64,000 nucleotides of DNA from Marinosulfonomonas sp. (GTDB lineage Bacteria > Pseudomonadota > Alphaproteobacteria > Rhodobacterales > Rhodobacteraceae). The first letter of the stretch is position 1. Every line of letters starts with the position of its first letter. This document shows positions 28,191-38,152 of this stretch, piece after piece. Made by a program: the position numbers and the translations under genes. The notes beneath the pieces are model-generated. The model had not been told where the DNA came from. It searched no databases and saw only the letters and a list, made by a program, of their open reading frames with translations. The stretch lies in contig JALSRG010000110.1 of NCBI GenBank assembly GCA_026984915.1, forward strand, positions 131 to 64,130, given 5' to 3'.

Positions 28191-28811
28191 ATGATACGAA
28201 CAGCCCTTTTTGCGACCGCTTTGTTCATGCCGCTGGCTCTTCTGGCGGCCTGTAAGGACAGGGATCAGGCTCAGCAACCCGAACCCGCATGGTTCGCAAT
28301 GGCCAATACGAACTTGCCGGCCATGCGCTGGGGCCTTCAACCGTCGGGAAAGCTTTGGACGCGCAGCACGATGCAGGCCTTGCTTGCGGGAGATGGAGGC
28401 CCGTTGATTGATCTGGTTCCCGCAGATATCGCTGAATGGTGCCCGGCCTATGCAGCGAACGGTGACAGGGAACGAGCCGCGTTCTGGACGGGTTTGCTTT
28501 CGGCGCTGGCAAAACACGAAAGCACTTATAATGAACGGGCAGTTGGTGGCGGCGGGAAATGGTTTGGCCTGGTGCAGATCTCGCCGGCGACGGCCAGGCA
28601 TTACGGATGCGCTGCCAGCACGGGCGGTCGTTTGAAAAATGGTGTAAACAACCTGCAATGTGCTGTCCGGATCATGGCTGTGACCGTCCCTCGTGATGGG
28701 GTTGTCGCAGCGGGTGGCCGTGGCGTGGCCGCGGATTGGGCCCCGTTCAAGGTGGCGGCGAAGCGCGCCGATATGATGAATTGGACCGCAGAGCAGGATT
28801 TCTGCCGATAA
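28191..28811 (+). CDS. lytic transglycosylase (SLT domain) lipoprotein
   Basis: Lipobox LALLAAC. SLT-like core (ALAKHESTYNERAVGGGGKWFGLVQISPATARHYGC). Confidence 0.65.
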   Translation: MIRTALFATALFMPLALLAACKDRDQAQQPEPAWFAMANTNLPAMRWGLQPSGKLWTRSTMQALLAGDGGPLIDLVPADIAEWCPAYAANGDRERAAFWTGLLSALAKHESTYNERAVGGGGKWFGLVQISPATARHYGCAASTGGRLKNGVNNLQCAVRIMAVTVPRDGVVAAGGRGVAADWAPFKVAAKRADMMNWTAEQDFCR

Positions 28812-28828
28812 GCCCTTAGGTCTGCGCC

Positions 28829-29563
28829 CTAGTCAGCATGGGCCAACGGGGGCGACTGACGCAATTTTTCCAGGGAAAACAGGTGAAAGCCAATGAAGAT
28901 CGGCACAAAGAACCCAGGGAACATGGATAGGGGATAATCGGTGATGATATTGGGCTGCCCATGGGCAAACAGGCGCGCAAAACCTTCGCTGGACAATACC
29001 CCGGTGCTGACGGCGACGACGAAATCCAGCAGGCCGATGATATTTGCCCGCATGACCAATTGATTGGCATTCGCGCTGTCCCGGCGGAGGGCGCGTGTTG
29101 CCTGAATAGCGGCCAAGCCGGCCCAGATATCGCCCACCCCTGCCGGTAGGGCGAATTGCCACGGGATCGCCCCGGCCGCCCAGCCGATCAGAAATACCCC
29201 TCCCATGACGCGCGGGATTTGCATGCCGATCAGAAAGATCTGCCCGGTTTCCTGCAATATGGTTCGTGAAAGCGCATTGAACCTGACGAATGCCCAAAAC
29301 AGCCCGGCCCCGCCGAACATGAACATCAGCACATAGGGCGGGGAGGTGATTGTCAGGGGTGGCGCCAGCAGGCCGACCTCGGAAGCTGCGGCCGCGATGG
29401 CATACCAAAACCCGAAGAACAGAATCATGGGGATAATCAACCATTGCATTCGGTCAAATCCCAGCCCAGCCATTTTACCGTTTATTGCAAACACGGTGAT
29501 TGCCAGCGCGGGAATGATCACCGCAAAGCTGCGCACGTAGAATTCCAGAAATTGCAGTAGCAT
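28829..29563 (-). CDS. uncharacterised ~7-TM membrane protein (paralog 1)
   Basis: 244 aa and very hydrophobic. Aligns along its full length with the upstream ORF 29710..30453 through shared blocks (QIPR..GG.FLIGW.AG..PWQFA.PA..GD, N..G.LDF..AV.TGV.SS, IPIF.GFHLFSL..LRQS). Confidence 0.7.
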   Translation of the reverse strand: MLLQFLEFYVRSFAVIIPALAITVFAINGKMAGLGFDRMQWLIIPMILFFGFWYAIAAAASEVGLLAPPLTITSPPYVLMFMFGGAGLFWAFVRFNALSRTILQETGQIFLIGMQIPRVMGGVFLIGWAAGAIPWQFALPAGVGDIWAGLAAIQATRALRRDSANANQLVMRANIIGLLDFVVAVSTGVLSSEGFARLFAHGQPNIITDYPLSMFPGFFVPIFIGFHLFSLEKLRQSPPLAHAD

Positions 29564-29709
29564 TTGAAGCTCCTATCATTGATGATTTCGGGGTGGTATT
29601 ACGGATAAGGTCGTCTCTGCATGAAATGCACCTGAGCAGCCTGTGGTGGCGCGGCAACTAGCGGTGGCGGTTGACTGCTCGCGAATGGCAGGTGTTTCGG
29701 GCTTTCTTT

Positions 29710-30453
29710 TTATTGAGCGGACGCGGCACTTGCCAAGTGCCGCGACTGGCGCAGGTTTTGCAGTGAGAAAAGGTGGAAGCCCAGAAAGATCGGGATCAGA
29801 AAGGCGGGGATCAGCACCAGCGGGTATTGCGAGATGATATTTGTCTGCCCTTTGGCGAACAGTTGCAGCATTCCTGCGCTACTGGCGACACCGGTTCCAA
29901 CGGCGATGATGAAATCCAGGATGCCCAGCAGGTTGGTGCGCATTATCAGCCGGTCGGCATTATCAGCGTTTTGCACCACTGCAACTGTTGCCTGAACCGC
30001 CAGCAGGCCGACGATCATGTCCCCAATTGCGGCCGGAAAAGCGAACTGCCACGGCAACAGGCCTGCAGACCAGCCGATCAGGAATATCCCGCCTGCCATG
30101 CGCGGAATTTGCAGTGCGGTCAGCAAGGCCTGATCGGTCGCATAGATGGCTTTGCGCGCTAAAGGGACTATCTGCACATACCCCCAGAACATCAGACTCC
30201 CGCCTAACAGAAAAAGCAGGATATAGGGCAGGGTGCCGGTTGTGAGCGGCGTGGCCAGCAGCCCGGATTGGGCCGCAACTGTAACACCCCCGTACCACAG
30301 CCCGAACAGCACCCCCAGCGGGATCAGCAGACGCAGCATCTCGGCGTAGGTGAAACCGGCAGTTTTGCCGCCTATGGCAAAGATCGCCAGTGCCATCGCC
30401 GGAATCATCATGGCGGTGGCGGGCATAAAGAAGGTCAGGAACAGTTCAAACAT
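29710..30453 (-). CDS. uncharacterised ~7-TM membrane protein (paralog 2)
   Basis: 247 aa. Tandem paralog of 28829..29563, roughly half the residues identical by eye. Divergently transcribed from the HxlR regulator. Confidence 0.7.
   Translation of the reverse strand: MFELFLTFFMPATAMMIPAMALAIFAIGGKTAGFTYAEMLRLLIPLGVLFGLWYGGVTVAAQSGLLATPLTTGTLPYILLFLLGGSLMFWGYVQIVPLARKAIYATDQALLTALQIPRMAGGIFLIGWSAGLLPWQFAFPAAIGDMIVGLLAVQATVAVVQNADNADRLIMRTNLLGILDFIIAVGTGVASSAGMLQLFAKGQTNIISQYPLVLIPAFLIPIFLGFHLFSLQNLRQSRHLASAASAQ
29723..29743. repeat. perfect 21-nt palindrome gcggcacttgccaagtgccgc
   Basis: 10+1+10 perfect dyad read directly from the sequence. It lies in the last codons of paralog 2, just upstream of the inter-paralog spacer. 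Confidence 0.9.
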
Positions 30454-30472
30454 TTCGGCTACCTTACATCTA

Positions 30473-30491
30473 TACTACATAATGTGTAGTA
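30473..30491. promoter_or_regulatory. candidate operator palindrome in the HxlR / membrane-protein divergent promoter
   Basis: tactaca-N5-tgtagta (7-bp perfect inverted repeat), overlapped by gtagt-a-actac. Located in the 93-bp AT-rich spacer between 30453 and 30547. Confidence 0.35.
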
Positions 30492-30546
30492 ACTACTATT
30501 ACAGGAGTCAATTCACATTTGGTAATGAGTTTGCTATTGTCCTGTC

Positions 30547-30873
30547 ATGAAACTTACCGATCGCAAGAACTGTCCGATCATGCGGGCTGCCAGGATTGTC
30601 GGGGATCAATGGTCGCCCCTTATTCTGCGTGAGCTATATTTCAAACAACCTCAACGATTTGCCGAACTGGAGGAAATATTGCAGGTCAGCCCCAACACAC
30701 TCTCGGCACGCCTGAAGAAATTGGAACAGGCTGGGGTGATTGAGCGGCGGATGTATTCCAGCCACCCGCCGCGGGCCGAATACTATCTGACAGAAAAAGG
30801 ACAGGCGCTGGCCCCGGTCCTGAAGGCGCTTTATGCTTGGGGAGTGGCTTATCCCGATTTGCCGCCGGGCTGA
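30547..30873 (+). CDS. HxlR-family winged-helix transcriptional regulator
   Basis: 108 aa. CPIMRAARIVGDQWSPLILREL...FAELEE...SPNTLSARLKKLEQAGVIERR is the typical HxlR/DUF24 pattern. Confidence 0.85.
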   Translation: MKLTDRKNCPIMRAARIVGDQWSPLILRELYFKQPQRFAELEEILQVSPNTLSARLKKLEQAGVIERRMYSSHPPRAEYYLTEKGQALAPVLKALYAWGVAYPDLPPG

Positions 30874-31135
30874 CCTTGACGTTCTGTCAGCCGTGTTTTC
30901 GAATAAATTGGACAGGCTCCGACAGGCTGATTTTCCGGGTTTCTCGGCACAGGTCAAGGAAGGCATATATAGTTTATTCCGTTGTTAATATTGAAAATTG
31001 TATTGTTAACGTTTTGTCAGAATATTTTTATTAAACCGGTTTAGTAGAAAAACTTGGCTGAATGCGCCGGCCCGCTGATTTCCTGCAACGTGCCAAGATT
31101 CAACTGCTGCCAAACGACCAGAATAGGAGCCGCAT

Positions 31136-31456
31136 ATGAAACCAAATAAAACCCAGGAAGAATACGCCGCCTTTTTTCAGGCCCTGTCCCACAGGCGTCG
31201 CCAGATGATCTGTGATATATTACTAAAAACCGGCACAAAGGGGCTGACATTCGGGGAACTGCAACGCCAAAGCGGGCTGCAGGCCTCGACCCTGTCGCAC
31301 CACCTGCGGTTCATGGGTCAGGGCGGGATATTGCGCCGCAAACAGAAAGGGCGTGAAACTGTATTGTCGGTCGATATTACGTTCCTGCGCAGGGTTTCCC
31401 TTGGGTATGGCGACAGGGCTGTGGCCATACCCGCGCCGGCCCTATCGCCGGCCTGA
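31136..31456 (+). CDS. ArsR/SmtB-family transcriptional regulator
   Basis: 106 aa. FQALSHRRRQMICDIL...STLSHHLRFMGQGGIL matches the ArsR HTH pattern. Confidence 0.75.
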   Translation: MKPNKTQEEYAAFFQALSHRRRQMICDILLKTGTKGLTFGELQRQSGLQASTLSHHLRFMGQGGILRRKQKGRETVLSVDITFLRRVSLGYGDRAVAIPAPALSPA

Positions 31457-31627
31457 CATCAGCCACAGGGCGGCTTCAGCTACTCCTTTAGGGCGCCAAT
31501 ACGTTTCATCGGAATCCAGCCTTTCAACTATTTGCCGCGCCCAAGTTCGCCGTTCTTGGCTTGGGTTTTGGTGCCTATGATATCCATGCAGTCATCGATG
31601 ATCATGACAACCTTGCGACCTGTCATC

Positions 31628-34183
31628 TCAGCCCTCCAGTATCCGCAGCACCATTTCCTCTGTATCCCCGGACAGATCGGGCGTATCCCTGATCCGCTCC
31701 AGTTCGGCCCGTATCAGCGCCTGCCGCGCCTCGTCATATCGCTGCCATGTCGAATAGGCGCTGATCATGCGGGCTGCGGTTTGCGGATTGACCGGATCCA
31801 GCCGGATCAGCCAGTCGGCCAGCAGATGATAGCCTGCGCCATCGGCCCTGTGAAACCCGGCATGGTGCCCCGCTAAAGCGCCGAAAATCGCACGAAAGCG
31901 GTTGGGATTTTTCATGTCAAAATCAGAATGCCCGGTCAGGGCTTGCGCTGTCGCAACCACCTGTTCGGGGCGGGCATTGCTGATCTGCATCGCAAACCAT
32001 TTGTCGATCACCAGCCGGTCGTTTCTCCACTGATCGTAAAATGCCTGTGTCGCATCCGCGCCATGGCCGAAATATTGCAGGCAGCCAAGGGCGCTGATCT
32101 GCTGGGTCATGTTGTCAGCAGACTCATATTGCACCTGCGCCTGGGCACAGTCATCGAGCCACGACATCAGCCAAAGTGCCGTGTTGGCCAGCGCCCTGTG
32201 GCCTGCCGGTCCGGCGTCGGGGGAATAGGGGCCTTTCACCTGATGGGCGGTGTAAATCCCCGGCAAATCTGCCTTTAGCTGCTGTGAAAGAGCTGCGGAA
32301 AGCATGGTTGTGGCGGTGTAAATGGCATCCGGGTCGGGTGTCTGCCCCAGATCGGCCAGCATCTGGGCGATTTCCTCTTGCGTGGGCAGGGTCATGGCCA
32401 GCGCCCGAAAGGCCGGATCTAGCCCCTCGTCGGTCAGGATTTTCGCCTTTGCCTCCAGATAGAGCGGATCAGGGTTTGCCCCATCCGTGATCATCCGGCG
32501 CAACACATCCCGCGCCAATGCGGTTCCAGCCTCCCAGCGATTGAACGGGTCGGTGTCATGGGCCATAAGAAAGGCGCGGGTTTCGTTGTCAACGTCCTGT
32601 TGCAGGATCACCGGCGCCGAAAACCCCCGCAGGACCGAGGGCACAGGACGCGACGACAATCCTTTGAACTCGAAACTCTGCTCGGGCTTTGTCATTTCCA
32701 GCACAACGGTTTCCTGCACCTCGTCCCCGTTGGGGTTCAGCAGGCCGACGGCAATCGGGATAACTTGCGGCTGTTTTACGTCCTGCCCTGGCGTGGGCGG
32801 CGTATGTTGTTTGAAATGAAGGGTATAGGTGCCGTCCCTGAAGTCATCCTTGACCTCAAGGCGCGGTGTGCCGGCCTGTGAATACCAGCGCTTGAACTGG
32901 CCAAGATCGCGGCCGGTTGTATCCTCGAATACCTTAAGCCAGTCCTCGATCGTCACCGCCTGCCCGTCGTGGCGCTGAAAATAAAGATCGAGGGCCCGGC
33001 GGTAGGCATCATCGCCCACCAGCCGTTTCAGCATCCCCACCACCTCGGCGCCTTTTTCGTAAACCGTAGCGGTGTAGAAATTGTTGATCTCGACAAAGCT
33101 GTCCGGACGCACGGGATGGGCCAGCGGGCCGCTATCCTCGCGAAACTGACGCGCGCGCAGGTCGATTACATCAGAAATGCGCTTGACCGCAGGCGAGCGC
33201 ACATCGCTGGTGAACTGGCTGTCGCGATATACGGTCAGCCCTTCCTTCAGGCACAATTGGAACCAGTCACGGCAGGTGATGCGGTTGCCGGTCCAGTTGT
33301 GGAAATACTCATGCGCGATGATCGCCTCGATCCGCTCGAAACTGGCATCCGTGGCGGTTTCGGGGCTGGCCAGCACGCAGGACGAATTGAAAATATTCAG
33401 CCCCTTGTTTTCCATCGCCCCCATGTTGAAATCATCCACCGCAACGATGTTGAACAGGTCCAGATCATATTCGCGCCCGTAGACATCCTCGTCCCATTTC
33501 ATCGACTTTTTCAGCGCTTCCATGCCAAAGGCGCATTTGTCGATGTCATCCGGGCGCACCCAGATGTTCAGGTCTACCTTGCGGCCCGACCGGGTGGTGA
33601 ATGTATCGGGATGGTTACGCAAATCTCCGGCGACCAGCGCAAACAGATAGGATGGCTTGGGCCAGGGATCATGCCATTCGGCCCAGCCTTCCCCGCGGGC
33701 GGTCGGGTTGCCGTTGGACAGCAGCACCGGCAGATTGCCCTCGATCCGCACGCCAAACGTGGCCATCACATCGGGGCGGTCGGGGTAATAGGTGATGCGG
33801 CGAAAGCCCTCGGCCTCGCATTGGGTGCAATACATGCCGTTCGACATATACAGCCCTTCAAGCGCGGTGTTGTCCTGCGGGTTGATCTCGACCTCGGCCT
33901 CCCATGTAAAGGGGGCATCGGGCACTTGCGCGGTCAGCCCCTTGTCGGTGACATGCGGTTTCCAGTCCTGCCCGTCGATCGCGGCGCGGATCAGGGTCAG
34001 ATGTTCGCCATGCAGGAAAAAGTCGCGGCTGTCGCTGGCCGGATTGGGGCGAAAGCGGATTTTCGAGATCACACGCGTGGCTTTGGGCGACAGTTTGAAG
34101 GTCAGATGCACCCTGTCCACCAGATAGGCGGGAGGGGTGTAATCCGACAGGAAAATTTTTTGAGCTGAGTGATTGCCTGACAT
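31628..34183 (-). CDS. pepN: aminopeptidase N (M1 family)
   Basis: 851 aa. GAMEN motif (NMGAMENKGLNIF) and zinc site HEYFHNWTGNR plus LKEGLT. Confidence 0.93.
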   Translation of the reverse strand: MSGNHSAQKIFLSDYTPPAYLVDRVHLTFKLSPKATRVISKIRFRPNPASDSRDFFLHGEHLTLIRAAIDGQDWKPHVTDKGLTAQVPDAPFTWEAEVEINPQDNTALEGLYMSNGMYCTQCEAEGFRRITYYPDRPDVMATFGVRIEGNLPVLLSNGNPTARGEGWAEWHDPWPKPSYLFALVAGDLRNHPDTFTTRSGRKVDLNIWVRPDDIDKCAFGMEALKKSMKWDEDVYGREYDLDLFNIVAVDDFNMGAMENKGLNIFNSSCVLASPETATDASFERIEAIIAHEYFHNWTGNRITCRDWFQLCLKEGLTVYRDSQFTSDVRSPAVKRISDVIDLRARQFREDSGPLAHPVRPDSFVEINNFYTATVYEKGAEVVGMLKRLVGDDAYRRALDLYFQRHDGQAVTIEDWLKVFEDTTGRDLGQFKRWYSQAGTPRLEVKDDFRDGTYTLHFKQHTPPTPGQDVKQPQVIPIAVGLLNPNGDEVQETVVLEMTKPEQSFEFKGLSSRPVPSVLRGFSAPVILQQDVDNETRAFLMAHDTDPFNRWEAGTALARDVLRRMITDGANPDPLYLEAKAKILTDEGLDPAFRALAMTLPTQEEIAQMLADLGQTPDPDAIYTATTMLSAALSQQLKADLPGIYTAHQVKGPYSPDAGPAGHRALANTALWLMSWLDDCAQAQVQYESADNMTQQISALGCLQYFGHGADATQAFYDQWRNDRLVIDKWFAMQISNARPEQVVATAQALTGHSDFDMKNPNRFRAIFGALAGHHAGFHRADGAGYHLLADWLIRLDPVNPQTAARMISAYSTWQRYDEARQALIRAELERIRDTPDLSGDTEEMVLRILEG

Positions 34184-34368
34184 TCCGGACTCCTGTCAAC
34201 GTTTCAGACAGCATTAGCCCAACTGCTGGAAGGTACAAGGGGCACTATTGATTTGACTTGCTTGAAACTGTTTCCAAAAAACTGGTAAAGTATTTTTACC
34301 AAAATGATTGCCCGCAGATGCCTAAGCCCATATATTCGCCAAAGAGCGAATTGGTTTCGGAAGGGCGC

Positions 34369-36519
34369 ATGATGGGAAAAACGCTAGAACGCAGCGAACT
34401 GAAAGTAGACGCCGGGTTGGCAGAATTTCTGGAAGAATTCGCCTTGCCGGGGACCGGTATAGAGCCTGATGCGTTTTGGGCAGGGTTTTCGGATCTCGTG
34501 CATGCCATGCGCACAACAAACCGGGAGCTTCTTGCCAGGCGCGAAGATCTTCAGAACCGGATTGACAAATGGCACAGCGACCGGCGCCAATTACCGCATG
34601 ATCCAATCGCCTATCGCGAATTCCTGAATGAGATTGGCTATATCGTGCCGGAAGGCGCGGATTTTACCATCGAGACAAGTGGGGTTGACCCGGAGATATC
34701 ATCAGTTGCAGGGCCACAACTCGTGGTGCCCATAAACAATGCACGCTTTGCGCTGAATGCCGCGAATGCACGCTGGGGGTCTTTGTATGATGCACTTTAT
34801 GGCACGGATGCGCTGGGTGATTTGCCCGAGGGCAAGGGTTATGATGCCACGCGCGGTCAGAGGGTGATTGACTGGGGCAGGGCCTTTCTGGATGAGGTTG
34901 TGCCGCTGGCGAGCGGCAGCCATGGCGCAGTAACAGGCTATCGGGTGGCTGATGGGGTGCTTGAACCCGCGCTGGCAGACCCTTCGCAATTTGCAGGCTA
35001 TGGCGGTGCGCCGGACGCTCCGACAGCAATTGTCCTGAAAAACCACGGACTTCATGTCATCATCGACATTGATCGCGACAGTCTGATCGGCGCGCAGGAT
35101 CGTGCCGGAGTTTCGGATATCCGTTTGGAATCTGCGCTGTCCAGCATAATGGATTGCGAAGACAGCGTGGCGGCAGTGGATGCAGAGGACAAGGTTAAAG
35201 TCTACCGCAACTGGCTGGGCCTGATGAAGGGGGATTTGACCGAAGACGTCACCAAGGGCGGCAAGACCTTTCAACGCAGCCTTGCGCCGGATCTTGAGTT
35301 TACGGCGCCTGACGGGCAACCCATGGTCTTGAAGGGGCGTGCCCTGATGCTGGTGCGCAATGTCGGGCATCTGATGACCAACCCGGCGATCCTTGACCGT
35401 GACGGCAGTGAGGTGCCCGAGGGCCTGATGGATGCCATGATCACCACGTTGATTGCCATGCACGATCTGCAAAAGAGGGGTGGGCTGCGGAATTCCGAAG
35501 CTGGATCGGTCTATGTCGTGAAACCCAAAATGCACGGGCCGGACGAGGTAGCGTTTGCAGACGCGGTTTTCAGCCGGGTCGAGGATGTTCTGGGCCTGCC
35601 GCAATACACCGTGAAACTGGGTATCATGGATGAAGAACGCCGCACCAGCGTCAATCTGAAGGAATGTATCCGCGCCGCCCGGCATCGGGTTGCCTTTATC
35701 AATACCGGTTTTCTGGATCGCACAGGTGATGAAATCCATACCTCAATGGAGGCCGGGCCAATGGTGCGCAAGGGCGAGATGAAACATATGCCCTGGATCA
35801 CGGCCTATGAGGATGGCAATGTCGATGTGGGGCTGGCCTGCGGGTTGTCCGGGCATGCGCAGATTGGCAAGGGTATGTGGGCGATGCCGGATCGGATGCA
35901 CGATATGTTGCAGCAAAAAATCAGCCATCCGCAAGCCGGTGCGAACTGCGCTTGGGTCCCGAGCCCGACAGCGGCTACCCTACACGCCACGCATTATCAT
36001 AAGGTCGATGTTTTTGCCCGTCAGCGCGAGATTGTCACTCTGGGGCAACGCACAACCATTGCCGAGCTTTTGACGTTGCCATTATTGGCCGGTGAGAACC
36101 TTTCAGAAGCAGAGATTCGCGATGAAATCGAGAATAATGCGCAAGGAATCCTGGGCTATGTCGTGCGCTGGATCGATCAGGGCGTTGGGTGTTCAAAGGT
36201 TCCTGACATTCACGATATCGGCCTGATGGAGGATCGGGCGACCTGCCGGATCAGCAGCCAGGCACTGGCAAACTGGTTGCAGCATGGAATTGTCAGTCAT
36301 GATCAGGTCATGGCTGCGATGCGGAAAATGGCAATGGTTGTTGACCGTCAGAATGCGGATGATCCGGCCTATCACCCCATGGCGCCCGGGTTTGATGGCG
36401 TGGCGTTTCAGGCTGCGTGCGATCTGGTATTCAAAGGCCGCAATCAGCCTTCGGGCTATACGGAGCCGGTGCTGCATGCCCGGCGTCTGGAGTTGAAGGA
36501 AAAAGGGCTTGAAGGCTGA
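34369..36519 (+). CDS. glcB: malate synthase G
   Basis: About 716 aa from ATG 34369 (GGAAGGG RBS). Strong resemblance to GlcB throughout ([33 protein letters not shown]). Confidence 0.92.
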   Translation: MMGKTLERSELKVDAGLAEFLEEFALPGTGIEPDAFWAGFSDLVHAMRTTNRELLARREDLQNRIDKWHSDRRQLPHDPIAYREFLNEIGYIVPEGADFTIETSGVDPEISSVAGPQLVVPINNARFALNAANARWGSLYDALYGTDALGDLPEGKGYDATRGQRVIDWGRAFLDEVVPLASGSHGAVTGYRVADGVLEPALADPSQFAGYGGAPDAPTAIVLKNHGLHVIIDIDRDSLIGAQDRAGVSDIRLESALSSIMDCEDSVAAVDAEDKVKVYRNWLGLMKGDLTEDVTKGGKTFQRSLAPDLEFTAPDGQPMVLKGRALMLVRNVGHLMTNPAILDRDGSEVPEGLMDAMITTLIAMHDLQKRGGLRNSEAGSVYVVKPKMHGPDEVAFADAVFSRVEDVLGLPQYTVKLGIMDEERRTSVNLKECIRAARHRVAFINTGFLDRTGDEIHTSMEAGPMVRKGEMKHMPWITAYEDGNVDVGLACGLSGHAQIGKGMWAMPDRMHDMLQQKISHPQAGANCAWVPSPTAATLHATHYHKVDVFARQREIVTLGQRTTIAELLTLPLLAGENLSEAEIRDEIENNAQGILGYVVRWIDQGVGCSKVPDIHDIGLMEDRATCRISSQALANWLQHGIVSHDQVMAAMRKMAMVVDRQNADDPAYHPMAPGFDGVAFQAACDLVFKGRNQPSGYTEPVLHARRLELKEKGLEG

Positions 36520-36718
36520 CTTTTGTTGCTTGGAGCGGAACGGATGTTGCTGATGAACAAGCGGGTTTCTGCCTTGGGATCCTGAAGGATGAGTGTCGTT
36601 GTGATGTCCGCGCTGTGCGTATTCGCACCAAGACGGGTGCGGCAATGCGGATTGTTCACATCCGCCCAGAAGCGCTATAGGTATGCATAGTCGACAAATT
36701 GAATCACACAGGTATCAA

Positions 36719-37495
36719 ATGTTCCGGCCAATTATCGGTATAATCTCTAATAGTGCCCTGCTTGGCGACGATTATCCGGCCCATGCTGCGGGCACGATGA
36801 ACTCTGCAGCGATCAGCGAGGTTGCGCAGGCAATGCCGCTTCTTATTCCGGCAGATCCACGGTTTGTGACTGTCGAAGAGTTGCTGAATGCATGTGATGG
36901 GTTTTTACTGACGGGGGGGCGCCCTAACGTTCACCCCGAAGAATATGGCGAATCCGAAACCCCGGCGCACGGAGATTTTGACCGTTGCCGGGACAAGATC
37001 ACCTTGCCTCTGGTGCGGGCCTGCGTTGAGCGTGGGCAGCCGTTCCTGGGCGTTTGCCGTGGGTTTCAGGAGGTCAATGTGGCCATGGGCGGGACGCTGC
37101 ATCCGGAAATTCGTGATTTGCCGGGGCGTGATAATCACCGAATGCCGCCGGATGGAACGCTGGATGAAAAATTTGCACCCCGCCATACCGTAAAATTAAC
37201 CGAGGGCGGGCCGTTTCACAAACTTTTCGGCGCAACCGAGGTTCTGACAAATAGCCTGCACGGGCAGGGTATCAAAACCGCAGGCGCCCGTATCGTGATC
37301 GATGGCACGGCCCCTGATGGCACGGCCGAGGCGATTTACATAAAAGATGCGCCCGGGTTTGCGCTGTCGGTGCAATGGCATCCCGAATATAATGCGGCGC
37401 ATGATCCGGTTTCACGCGCGTTGTTTCGGGCCCTTGGCGCTGCCGCCCGGGACTGGGCTTCTGCCGGATCGGATCAACTGCGCCGAATAGCCTGA
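36719..37495 (+). CDS. class I glutamine amidotransferase, gamma-glutamyl-GABA hydrolase (PuuD/peptidase C26)-like
   Basis: Nucleophile-elbow CRGFQEVNVAMGGTL and VQWHPE His motif. Confidence 0.75.
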   Translation: MFRPIIGIISNSALLGDDYPAHAAGTMNSAAISEVAQAMPLLIPADPRFVTVEELLNACDGFLLTGGRPNVHPEEYGESETPAHGDFDRCRDKITLPLVRACVERGQPFLGVCRGFQEVNVAMGGTLHPEIRDLPGRDNHRMPPDGTLDEKFAPRHTVKLTEGGPFHKLFGATEVLTNSLHGQGIKTAGARIVIDGTAPDGTAEAIYIKDAPGFALSVQWHPEYNAAHDPVSRALFRALGAAARDWASAGSDQLRRIA

Positions 37496-37620
37496 GAAAT
37501 CAGTATCAACTTCGGATAAAAAGACCCGAAAGAATACGGGCACGCATCTCTATCTGCTTGACCTTCCACCTGCAGGAACCCGTAGTTCGTTGCTTGAACT
37601 GTAAATGGAGTGCAGAAGCA

Positions 37621-38079
37621 ATGAACATGAAAACGGGTTTGATTATTGGTTTGGCGGTTTTGGCGGGCGCCGGACTCTATGTTTTTACAAGATCAAACAG
37701 CGATAGCGCGGGCTCTGGCCGGCAAGATGTGGCGGCGCCGACACAACAAGCTGTTGCTGGTGAGGCGATGGCTGAGGTGAAAGTTCCCGCCCTTGAAGGG
37801 GCCGCTTTGATGGGGGAACGTGCTTTCAATGCAAAATGCGCCAGTTGCCACGGTAAAAATGCTGCCGGCCAACAAGGCGTCGCACCACCGCTTGTGCACA
37901 AGTATTATCGGCCAGGGCATCATGGTGATGCGGCCTTTTTCATGGCGGCGCGTAATGGCGTGCGTTCACACCATTGGCGGTTTGGCGATATGCCGCCCGT
38001 CAAGGGCATTACGGAGGCCGAGATAAAAACCATCGTTGCCTATGTTCGCGCCTTGCAAAAGGAAAACGGAATTTACTGA
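37621..38079 (+). CDS. membrane-anchored or secreted class I c-type cytochrome
   Basis: N-terminal hydrophobic anchor (GLIIGLAVLAGAGLYVF) and a single CASCHG haem motif. Confidence 0.75.
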   Translation: MNMKTGLIIGLAVLAGAGLYVFTRSNSDSAGSGRQDVAAPTQQAVAGEAMAEVKVPALEGAALMGERAFNAKCASCHGKNAAGQQGVAPPLVHKYYRPGHHGDAAFFMAARNGVRSHHWRFGDMPPVKGITEAEIKTIVAYVRALQKENGIY

Positions 38080-38152
38080 CTTGCGTGGTGTTTTTTCTTG
38101 TTGTCGGGGCTGTTGCCTGTCTTGATGGCAGGAGGCATTCGGGAGAGCAACA

